NCBI RefSeq assembly: GCF_038025025.1
Contig: NW_027117344.1
Coordinates: 1-64,000 of the forward strand
Reading direction: 5' to 3'
Length of the DNA stretch: 64,000 bases
From: Phyllosticta citribraziliensis
Taxonomy: Eukaryota
Shown: positions 23,004-33,300 of the stretch, piece by piece
Position numbering within the stretch: the first letter of the stretch is position 1
Layout of the letters: each line of letters starts with the position of its first letter
Translations under genes and position numbers: made by a program
The notes under the pieces: generated by a model
What the model saw: the letters and a program-made list of their open reading frames with translations, nothing else
What the model was told of the DNA's origin: nothing
Database searches by the model: none

Positions 23004-25979
23004 ATGGGCAAGAGGTTGCTTCTTTGCTTGGTGGCGTTGAGCGGCAACGCCTACGCCGTCGCTGTTCCTCCAGTCATCGACCCGGCGATCCCCTCTGTGG
23101 TCGCCACGCCCGTCATCTCTGGCGCAAAATCAGCAATTCCATCTGCCATTCACAGCACCGTCAGCCATGTTTCGGCTCCTCTTGCTCCCACGTCGACGAG
23201 CGCCATCGACAACTCGACGGCCCAGGCCATTTTTGTTGCGGGCATCCCCAAGTCGGCTCTGATGCCCCTCGCGCAGCTCCTCTCGACAATCGTCAACACC
23301 CTGATTGGGCTCATCACCAAGAACTACGCAGACGTCGTCTCTGTGACCAATAACACGGCGCCACTGGCGACGTCTGCTCCGGCAATCGTCCCCCGCGATC
23401 CCCAACTCGACGTCGTTGGAGTGTTGAACGGTGTGGGAAAGGGCCTTAACGGTGTCATTTCTGGCGTCGCCAACGTCGTGGCCGTCACCCAGACCAATGG
23501 CCTCGGACAGGTCGTCGGCACCGTTTTGGCTGCCGTTCCCTCAGGCGTCAACAACCTCGCTGACGCCATTCCCATCATTGTTCCGGGAGTTACAAACACT
23601 GTCGCGGACGTGACCAACTCCAAGCTCACCAACACCCTGCTGACGAACCCGATTGCTGCCATCCAACTGGCTATCAGCTCGCTCGTTGCTACCCTGTTTG
23701 GTGGAGGCGACCAAAGGACGCTGTTGAACAACCTCCAGACGACCTTGAACAACCTCCTCACGAAGAGGGATGGCGCGCGCGACTTTAAGCGCGAAAAGCG
23801 TCAGGAGTACGCTCCTCCGCCCGATACCCGTGGCCCGTACTCTCCTCAACAAGATGCCACTCCCGCTTCATCTTCGTCGGCATCCTTCTCTCCCATCACG
23901 ACGGGCTTAGGCTCCGCAGATGCCGCCACCCCCGGTGTCATTGCTCCTCCCGACTCGTTGACGCCTCTCCAGGACGTTCCCACTTCGCTGGCAGCCTTGG
24001 ACTATCTCGGCTCCGTCGCCGTCGCGAGTGTTCCCGAGTCAGTCTTGAGCTATGCATCGACTGCGGATCCCATTGCAGAACTTCTCTCGACCATCCCCCC
24101 TCTTGCCACGCCAACCCTCCTTCGCCGCCAGAACTCTCCTTTTGGCTCGGCGGTCGCCAACAACCTCGCCTTTGCCAGCCTCTTGAGCAACCCCAACCTG
24201 AACCCTCTTGCAAACCCGCTCTTGAACCCTGCAGCCAACCCTCTTGTCAACCCCGCGGTCAATCCCGCCGTCAACCCCCTGGCCGATCCCACTCTGGCCA
24301 ACTCGATTGCTGCTTCCGTCGCCAGCGAAGTCGTAGACGTCGCTCAGACTGCCGCAGAATCTGCTGCTGCTGCCGTCACGTCAATTGTGGCGTCGGTCAA
24401 CACCGACATTGTAAGTGACGGCGACTTGTCTTACCCTTCCTGGCTTCTTGAAGGCATCGATCCCTCCGACCCTGCGTACATCGACAGCCTTGACTGGGAC
24501 GATGATGACTACGACGCAGAAGATGGCGGCAATGGTTTCATAGTCTGGAACAACAACGACTACGACCCCAACGACAATGTGTATACTAACTGGAATCTGC
24601 CGTACCTTCAGATTTCGACACCAGTTGAGGAACTGCCTGCGACTTCCGACATCGTTGTGCCCCTCTTGCCGACGTCCGTGGAACCCTTTTCCTTTGCTCC
24701 CACGACGGAGTATGACCTGCCGACGACGCCCGTCACCAACTACCTGTCTTCCCTGAACCCGACCATTGCTTCCGAAATTGCCGCCATTGTTCCCACCATT
24801 TCGCAGGGTCAGGTCCTCGACCGCCGTCAACTGGAAGCGCTCTCGTCGTTTGCCAGCCGCATCCAGCAGGGCATTCCGTCCAGTGTCAGGGCTGCGCCCT
24901 CGGCCATCAACAGCTTGGCCCTCGACAAGGTCACCAACCCTCTCGAGCTTCTTGCCAAACTGATCGGCGCTCAAGCCAGCCCCGCCCTCAACGTTCTGGC
25001 GAGCCAAATCCAAGCTGCCCCCACCGCGGGCGCCGCTCTCGTCGCTGCTCAAATCAGCGCCATCCAGCCCATTTTGGGCGCAATCCCCTCGGCCGTCAGC
25101 TCCGACCTCGCCCAGGCCACGAGCATCGCCGGCCCGGCCCTGGCTCAAGTCTCCGGCGCCCTCGAGGCTCTCAAGTCCATTAACATTCCCAGCGCCATTG
25201 GCGAGGTGGTCGGCGTCGTCACTGGCATCGTTGGAGACGGGACTCAAATTGTCGCCAGCGATATTCCCGCCGTTGTCAACGGCGCAGTGAGCAACCTGAG
25301 CAAGATCCTGCCCACGGTCACGGTGGCCGCCTCGATCGGCAACCCATCCAACCCCGTCGCCGTCACGGTCGCAGCGGCCGTTCCCGGCTTCGCCACGGTC
25401 AGGGCGGGCGCGGGCATCAGTGCCCTCCCCCCTCAAGTTAGTAGTGTTGCGCCCTCGGCAGGCCCAGAAAGTAATGCTGATGATGAGGCAGGCTTGAAGG
25501 AGGATGACGGCAGAGATCTAGGTGGTCTGGGCGACATTTTGTCGTCGCTCGTCCCGTCGGCCGCGTCGTCGTCGCCGATCGCGCAGCTATTGCTGCAGCT
25601 CCAAATTGCCCCCATCTTGTTTTTCCTTCCCATGCTGCTTTCCAACCCCCTGGCGGTCGGCGGCTCGTCGCTGAACCCGCTCCTTTCTTCGCTGTCGTCG
25701 TTGTCGCCCAGCGATGACGATGCCAGCACCTCAGCAACCACTTCGCCCTCTTCGTCCAACCCGCTCTCGGCGCTCTTCTCCTCCAACCCGCTCTCCTCGG
25801 TCCTCGAGTCGACGGACCTGCTGCTCTCGCTGCTCGCCGACTCCAGCTCCGACGTGCTGTCGCACCTCGCGACCAGCCTGACGAGCAAGTGGAGCGAGCT
25901 GTTCCAGCTGGCTCTGCAGGCGCAGGTTGAGGCGGCCAAGCTGGGCGCCGAGGTTGCTGATGTTTTGCTTTCGCCTTAG
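23004..25979 (+). CDS. Large secreted low-complexity Ala/Ser/Pro/Leu-rich protein, 991 aa, intronless, with dibasic Kex2-like sites
   Basis: Signal peptide MGKRLLLCLVALSGNAYA; uninterrupted 2.97-kb ORF with biased codons; KR/RR sites followed by Q; NPxx repeats. Confidence 0.85.
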   Translation: MGKRLLLCLVALSGNAYAVAVPPVIDPAIPSVVATPVISGAKSAIPSAIHSTVSHVSAPLAPTSTSAIDNSTAQAIFVAGIPKSALMPLAQLLSTIVNTLIGLITKNYADVVSVTNNTAPLATSAPAIVPRDPQLDVVGVLNGVGKGLNGVISGVANVVAVTQTNGLGQVVGTVLAAVPSGVNNLADAIPIIVPGVTNTVADVTNSKLTNTLLTNPIAAIQLAISSLVATLFGGGDQRTLLNNLQTTLNNLLTKRDGARDFKREKRQEYAPPPDTRGPYSPQQDATPASSSSASFSPITTGLGSADAATPGVIAPPDSLTPLQDVPTSLAALDYLGSVAVASVPESVLSYASTADPIAELLSTIPPLATPTLLRRQNSPFGSAVANNLAFASLLSNPNLNPLANPLLNPAANPLVNPAVNPAVNPLADPTLANSIAASVASEVVDVAQTAAESAAAAVTSIVASVNTDIVSDGDLSYPSWLLEGIDPSDPAYIDSLDWDDDDYDAEDGGNGFIVWNNNDYDPNDNVYTNWNLPYLQISTPVEELPATSDIVVPLLPTSVEPFSFAPTTEYDLPTTPVTNYLSSLNPTIASEIAAIVPTISQGQVLDRRQLEALSSFASRIQQGIPSSVRAAPSAINSLALDKVTNPLELLAKLIGAQASPALNVLASQIQAAPTAGAALVAAQISAIQPILGAIPSAVSSDLAQATSIAGPALAQVSGALEALKSINIPSAIGEVVGVVTGIVGDGTQIVASDIPAVVNGAVSNLSKILPTVTVAASIGNPSNPVAVTVAAAVPGFATVRAGAGISALPPQVSSVAPSAGPESNADDEAGLKEDDGRDLGGLGDILSSLVPSAASSSPIAQLLLQLQIAPILFFLPMLLSNPLAVGGSSLNPLLSSLSSLSPSDDDASTSATTSPSSSNPLSALFSSNPLSSVLESTDLLLSLLADSSSDVLSHLATSLTSKWSELFQLALQAQVEAAKLGAEVADVLLSP

Positions 25980-26555
25980 CCCCCTTTGTCCTTTTCTCCT
26001 TTTTGCTTCGGATGTTGTTGTTTTTTTGGTGAGCATGTTGTTTTGTTTGGTGGCACGAAAGAGTAGGTAGAAAATGTGTAGACTATGTAGCTGTAGAGGT
26101 GGGGATGGAATGAATGTAATGATGAGTTGCAGATTAGATTGGTGCTTGCAGTGATGTGCTTGCCTCGTGTGTGATGAAGCGAGACATGCACTCAATTCAT
26201 CGATTTAACTGTTGGCCAGCAAGACCCTCCAGCGTTCCGTCGTATCCTTTTCTTCCTGAGTGCCAACAGAAACAAATACACGCAGTTGGACAGGCAGACA
26301 CAGGCAGGTGAATTTTAAGCTTTACTGCCACTGCATCAACATCTACCATCAACCCATCCCATCAACTCGACTCGACTGCCTTGGTTCTGCCAATTCAATT
26401 CGATTCAATTACCTTACTTGTTGGTCTGAACGATCTTTCTTTCACGCGCAATCAAGCCGAGCCAAGCCAAGAAGTCAAGACAATCAGCAGGCAGATGCAC
26501 CGGTACCAACAATAATGCCTCCCTTCCAATCTTCCTTCTTTGTTCCAAAATACCA

Positions 26556-29113
26556 CTACTGCCCACCACCGGCTCCCCAGCCCCGACCCTGCGGCGCAGC
26601 ATGATTGACGTTTGCACCAGGCAAGGGCACGGCCGCAGGCAAAATTTGCGTCTGCGAGTGGTGCTCGGGCGTCTTCTTACTCGGCGGGGTCAAAATGGGT
26701 GGATTGGCGCTCGGCGCGAGCGGCGCAATGGGCGGGAGGATGGGAGGCTGGGAGGAGGGGCCACCCTGGCGCTGCGCGGGGGGCGTGCTGTCGTGCTTTT
26801 CGGGGGAGATGCCGCCGGCGGCAGCGGGGAGCAGGTGGGAGGAGCCGTGGATGAACTGCTGGGACGGAGGTGAGTGCTGTTTCGGCTGCGAGGGCGGCGA
26901 CGAAGCGGGCGCCTGCTGCTTGACGGGCGAGAAGGAGGGCGTTCTTGTGGCCGACGGGGGAGGGTACGCGGGGTTGGGGCTGGAAAAGGGAGGGTTGAAG
27001 CGGTAGCCGTTGGGCTGGAACGGCGACGAGTTTGTGGTGGGCTTTGACGGCGAGGGTGCGCCGTAGCCGGCAGACACTGGTCGGTTTGGAGAGGCGTAGT
27101 TGGGATGTTGATACGAATGGGCATATCCAGAGCCTTGGGAGACTGGACGACTAGGAGACAGTGCAACCTTGGTGACATGTCCATTTGGTTGCATCGGTTG
27201 CCAGTGAGGATGGTTGCCCAAGAAACCACCCATGGGAGGAGGCGAAGCTGCCGACTTGATGGGACCGGGCTGATGGGAATAGTGAGGCGGTGGAGGAGGG
27301 ATCTGGGGAATTTGGTGATGGATGCCGGGGGGACCCAAGGTTTGGCCCTGAGGAGACAGACTCGGACCATTCATGAGGCCATTCGTGGAACTTTGCTGCG
27401 GTTTAGGGCTTGCTTCATAGGCAGCACCCAGGTGAAGTTTCAGAGGGGGAAGCTTGGGACGAGATGCGTCCTCTTCCTTGCGCTTGCAATCGCTGCAGAC
27501 AAAGTGAAAGTCGTCACGCTCGGCATCTTTTTGAGCGATGCCATGGCACGCACTATGTTGCCAGACGCTGCACTTTTCGCACGCAATGCTGTGGGAGCCG
27601 TCGTCCTTCTTTTGTCAGCAAGCAGTCGAAGTCGTGTAGGTCCAACTTACGACATTCTCGCCGTGGACGCCGCACACGGCACAGTCAAAGACCCAATTCT
27701 CCTCCTCTTGAATCCGCTCGAGCTCCTTCTGCCGTCTTTGCATCTCGGCCTTGAGATGGCGCTCCGACAGGCGGGCTTCGTTCTTCTCGGCCTTTTGACG
27801 GTCCTCTTCGAGCTTCTTGAGCTCCTCCTCGTGCAGGATGCGCCTGACTTCGCGCTCCTTGAGCCGTTGCTCGCGGGTCATCATTCGTGACTCTCGATCC
27901 TTTTCTTGCTTCTTCTGCCGTTCCTGCTCCTTCTTTGCCATTTCCAAGTCTGCCAAACGCTTCCTTTCAACCTCCACAACAGCCTCTTCTTCCTTTTGCT
28001 TTTCCAATTTGCTCGCAATCCGGCTCGAGCGTTTGGCGTGAGCCATCTTCGCAAGATTCTCTTGTTCTCGTAGCTTCTTCATCTCTTGAGCCCTTTGTTT
28101 TTCGGCCTTTTCTTCCAAAATCGGCAAGACCTCGCTCTGCAGACGCTGCGCCAAATCCTTTTCGTTTTTGTCCCGACCCTTGCGGATTGATTCGACAAAG
28201 TCGGTGTATTCCTCCAACGTTACGGCAACACACTCCCAAGTCATGCCACCAAGTGTGTCCTGATCGTCGACTTCATTCTCCTCCTCTGCCGCGCTCTCGG
28301 ATTCGGTGGTTGACAACCGCCTGCGCTTGCTTGCACGTGTTCCGCGCGCCTTTTTCGGTTTAGGTTTTGTTTTGGATTTCGTTCGGGGCGGCGGCAGCGG
28401 CGGGGCAGAGCGACGATATAAGCGGTCGTCATCGAGGAGGAAGTATGTCCTGTCGTCCTTGTCCCATCCGTATTCTTCGACGCGCTGCGGTTGTTAGACA
28501 GACAGATGGTAGTGACATCAGAATATGCTTACCCAACTGGTTTGTTGCCGTTCGGTCAGACCCATCTTGTCCTTTATGCGATCCGAATTGTTCAGTGTCC
28601 ATACGGCGAGTTGGTGCAAGACGCGAATCTTGGTAAAGGTGTCCATGTCGTTGAACTTGACGGGCTCCTCTTCGACGCCAAAGGGGTTCCGGTGAGGAGC
28701 TTTGGCGACGTACTGGCGGCGGGCATACTCGTCGAATATCTCGGGGCTTCAAGAGGTCAGCGCATGCAGGACGAGAGGTGCGATATACTGACGTCAGTCC
28801 TTTGTGCGAGGAGACGTATTTCAAAAGAGCCAGGCCGATTTCAGGCAGGCGTTCGGAGGTTGTGGGTTTGAGACATTCTTCCTCGAGGACCTGGAGCGAG
28901 TCAGCATGAATCGAGGTGGGTGCGGGAGTGGAGGCATACGTCAATGTCAATGTCTTGGCTGATCTTGACGGCGTCACCAAAGATGTGAATGTACTGGTGC
29001 AGGCAGGCAAACTCCCACAAGTTGCGCAATTGCTGAGTCTTGGAGAGGGGCAGCGGGTCGGGTGGGGGGGCCTCGGGCTCAACGTCGCGGCGGGCGCGCT
29101 TCCTGGCGGGCAT
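26556..29113 (-). CDS. PHD-finger chromatin protein, RSF1/CECR2-like (DDT/WHIM-type N-terminus), multi-exon
   Basis: NLS PARKRARR; LRNLWEFACLHQYI; GWDKDDRTYFLLDDDRLY; coiled coil; intron-split PHD (CAVCG..IACEKCSVWQHSAC..FVCSDC); Pro/Ser-rich tail. Confidence 0.85.
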
Positions 29114-29350
29114 GGTGACCAGAGGAAGCGTGCCTGGCAGGACGCGTCGTGGTCGATCCAAGGAGTAAGGATGTGAAGGGCGGCGAGCAGAGGATCCAGC
29201 CTCGTGGAGTCGAGTGGGGAGGGGTGGAGTGGAGCAACGGCGCGGAGGTGAGGTGTGGCGGTGTCGGCGAGGAGTGGTGAAAGAGGATGGGGTTGATGCG
29301 GCGGCGGTGGTGGTGATGGAAATTAATCGTCACCCACGTCGGGAGGAGGA

Positions 29351-29425
29351 CAGGCACAGCACAGCACAGGCACAGGCACGGACAGGCACAGGCCTCAGGC
29401 TCTCAGGCTCTCAGGCTCTCAGGCT
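29351..29425. repeat. Microsatellite cluster: GCACA(G)-type repeats and (CTCTCAGG)n
   Basis: Directly visible in the intergenic gap between the PHD gene and CCH1. Confidence 0.8.
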
Positions 29426-29992
29426 AGTGCGGCGAGTAGGGCTGGAAATGCTTGGCGCCAGCTGATTATGTAACAGCCTGCCGACAGCACCACCTGCACC
29501 TCACACTGGGACTGGGACTGGGACACCACCCGGACACACCCTGACCCTGACGCCGCTCAAGCTTCACGTCGACACCAGAAAAACCCAAAACGCAGAGACC
29601 ACCACTCAGGTTGTGGGTTGCCCTCGTCCACCTCCAGATGCAAGTCATGGCGACGGGGGTCCACAGCTGGAGTCTGGGCCTATCATCTGGTTGCTGTTTC
29701 ATCCATCTCCCGTGCCAAGCCATCACAAGCAGTGGAGTGTAGAAAACGACGGCCGCTTGACGCTTGACGGCGCGCCCGTGTGGCTCAGTCTGCAGAGGCC
29801 TGCTATTAATATGCGCTGCGCGCGCGGAGCAGACCAAAGGGGATCCCGTCCTGTGGCGCGGCGTCGAGCGCTGGGTCCCTGAACTGAATCTTGACCCGCT
29901 GGAGCTTCGTATGCACATGGAGTGGGACGCGATCGCCGTCCACCCAGTCCTCTGCTAATCCTGACCTGAACAACCACCAACGCCTTTTTCTG

Positions 29993-30030
29993 CCTCGTCC
30001 TCGTCCTCGTCCTCGCCCTCGCCCTCGTCC
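29993..30030. repeat. (CCTCGY)n hexamer microsatellite in the CCH1 leader region
   Basis: CCTCGT/CCTCGC tandem copies. Confidence 0.8.
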
Positions 30031-30310
30031 GCCCACTCTTCTCCTCTGTCGCTCTTCGTCGCCCTCCCACCTACCGCCACCGCGTCCTCGTCGTACATCC
30101 CCCCGTCGCTCGCTCGTCCGCTCCAGTCGCTACCACGCTCCACCTGGCCAGAGACCCCTCTTCGACCTCCCCTCGTCCCCTCCGCGCACAGATCCTCCGA
30201 ACCACCGTTTACCCCAGATTGTCGCAAATCCAGTCGCCGCCGGCCCAGATGAAGCCCTAGAATCCTCCCACGACCCCTCCGAACCCCTCCTCCGTTTATT
30301 GTTGTTTGCC

Positions 30311-33300
30311 ATGGCCGACCAGGATGGCGCAAGACACCGTCGAAACGACTCGACACCTCAGGCAATACCTCTGCAAGACTTGAACCGGCCCCCTGACAAC
30401 GACGATTCCCCTACGCATCGGAGGACGCTGAGCGAGCGCGGACGCAGCCTGTTGAGAGGACGCGACTCTCAGAATGCCAGGTATGCGCCGCTGAGGGAAT
30501 CCAGCCCGCCCAGACAGGACACCCGACCAACACGACCAAGCTTGACCATTGAAGGATTGCGCCCCAGGGAACCGAGCGCATTGAGCGAGCCAGGCCAAGT
30601 CCAGAGCTTCGCCGGTCTGTCGTTCCAAGACAGCACCCGTCACTCCGAGCCCTCGTTGATTCAGACTGGAGATCCTCGCAGCCCTCCAGTCTGGCTACAT
30701 CCGAGCGAATCCACCCCGTACATGTCCCGAGTTTCCGAGGAAGAGCAATCTGGAATATACGATAAGCATCTGTCTCCCACGATTGGCCAAGAACCTACCA
30801 CGCCCGCCACGCCGACTGGCCAGGGTCGGTCGAGTTTTCAGAGTGTCAATTTCTTGACTCCAGAGAGGACGTCAAACAGACTTGGCGATGACCTCAACCA
30901 AGCAGAGTCCGGGCAGTCTTTGTCCCCCAATCTTGGAAGATCAGGGTCGGGCGGGCGCATCAGATCTTTGTCTCCCGTCGAGTCTCCGCTGAAGCGAGCT
31001 GGTACCATGATGCGCAACATTTCGCAGCGTGTCGTCAACTTGTCCAATGAAGCCGATCTCATCGAGCGAAGCATCAAGCGCAAAACCTCGCAAAAGGACA
31101 AGCCGCTGAATGAAGGGGACGAAGTAGATGAGCAAGACTTTGGCAATGATGGACCGCCGCCCTCGCCAAGATCTCCAATGTCGCCCCGTTTCCCACCCTC
31201 TCCCGTCGAAAAGTCCCCAAGCACGAGGGTGACGCCGGCACACTTCAATTGGAAAGTCCATTCAAATCCGCTACGAGGCAAGTCGATGGGAATTTTCCCG
31301 CCTGGCAACTCGTTGCGCATGAAGCTTTGCGACATTCTCACGCATCCTGCAACCGAGCCATTTCTCCTCGTTCTCATCGTTACTCAGACGGTATTGCTTA
31401 CGATTGATGCCGCCCGGGATGTGTACCAATTTCCTCGGCCTACGAGGTGGGGTGACAGCTGGATCGACTACGGCCTCTTGACCCTGTTTGTCTTTTACAC
31501 GGCCGAAGTCATTTGCCGCATCATCGTGTCTGGCTTCATGATCAATCCAGTCGAGTACAGCACCATCAATCGGCAGATTGGCATAAGACAGGCTGTAATG
31601 GACAAGGGCAAATCTCTCTTCAGCGGACCGGACCGACAGCCCTCGGTACGAGGACAGCGGCCATCGTATCTCTCGCATCAGCCGCCCCTGCTGCGATCCT
31701 TTACTGCGGCCACTTTGGATCCCGACGACCCCGCCAACATTCGCCAGCAGCAGCGCGTTCGTCTTGCGCACCGAGCCTTTTTGCGTCACTCATTCAATCG
31801 GCTCGACTTTGTTGCCGTCGTGTCGTTTTGGATAAGTTTCGTCATTAGCGTGTTTGGGCTAGAATCGACCAGCCATGTCTACGTGTTTCGCATGCTTAGC
31901 TGTTTGCGTATCCTCCGCCTCCTGGGACTAACGAGCGGCACGACGGTATGATCCTTGCAAGCAGTCTTGTGCCTGGCTAACTCGTTTAGGTAATTCTCCG
32001 CAGTCTCAAGAGAGCTGCGCCACTCCTCGTCAACGTGGGTTTCCTCATCGGATTCTTCTGGCTTCTCTTTGCCATTATTGGTGTGCAAAGCTTCAAGTCG
32101 AGTCTGAAGAGAACCTGCGTTTGGGTTGATCCCACTGGGCAGCAAGCAAACTACACCAACTCTGATCAGCATTGCGGTGGCTACGTAAATTCAACAGGCA
32201 ACGAGCTCCCGTGGGTCAGCGCTTTTGGACTCCCTGGGGCCAGCTCTCACAAGGGCTATCTCTGTCCTTATCCTTCAGTATGCGTCGAAGGAGAGAATCC
32301 ATTCAACGACACCCAAAGCTACGACAACATCTTCAACTCGCTCGAGTTGGTATTTGTCGTCATGACGTCCAACACTTTTTCAGATCTCCTTTACGACCTG
32401 GCAGATAGTGACTATCTTGCGGCAGCCTTGTTCTTCGCCTGCGGAATCGTCGTTCTAGCCCTGTGGATGATGAACCTGCTCATCGCCGTCATCACCTCGT
32501 CGTTCCAAGTCATTCGTGATGAAAGCAAGACGAGTGCATTTACCGCTCAGCAGCTCGACGAACCTTTGAGCGACGAAGAAGAAGAGGCAAGGCCGAGGCA
32601 GCGAACGAGTACGGTACAGCGTGTGTACCAGAAAAGTTCGCCATTTTGGATCCTCGTCATTGTCTACGGTCTTATTTGCCAGGCCATGCGAAGCGCAGAC
32701 ATGAGTGATGATCGCAGGAACCTCATTGACGCATCGGAGACGGTCGTGACTCTCCTGCTGCTGATCGAAATCGTCTTTCGAATCATATCCGACTGGCGGC
32801 ACTTTCACTACTCCAAGCGCAACATGTTTGACCTGCTCCTGGCAATCGTCACGACTGTGATACAAATCCCGGCCGTCAGAGCAAACCACGAAGCGTATGC
32901 TTGGATGACCGTCTTTCAAATCCTCCGGATCTACCGCGTCGTCTTGGCCGTCAAGTTGACAAGAGACCTGATCCAAACCGTCCTCGGAAACGCAAGCGGT
33001 CTGCTCAACCTCATCTTCTTCGTGTTCTTGATTACGTATCTTGCATCGCTCTTCGCCACGCAAATCTTCCGAGGCGAAATTCCCCAGCAAAACGACGGCG
33101 AAACCATTGAAGTCACGTTCAAGACCCTCTTCAATGCCTTTTTGGGCATGTACCAGCTTCTGTCGAGTGAAAATTGGACCACCATCCTCTACAACGTCAC
33201 GACGTTTGAAGTGGGACACGACACTGCGTGGATCGGAGCCGCATTTCTCATCATGTGGTACATTCTTTCCAACTTCATCGTTCTCAACATGTTTATTGCA

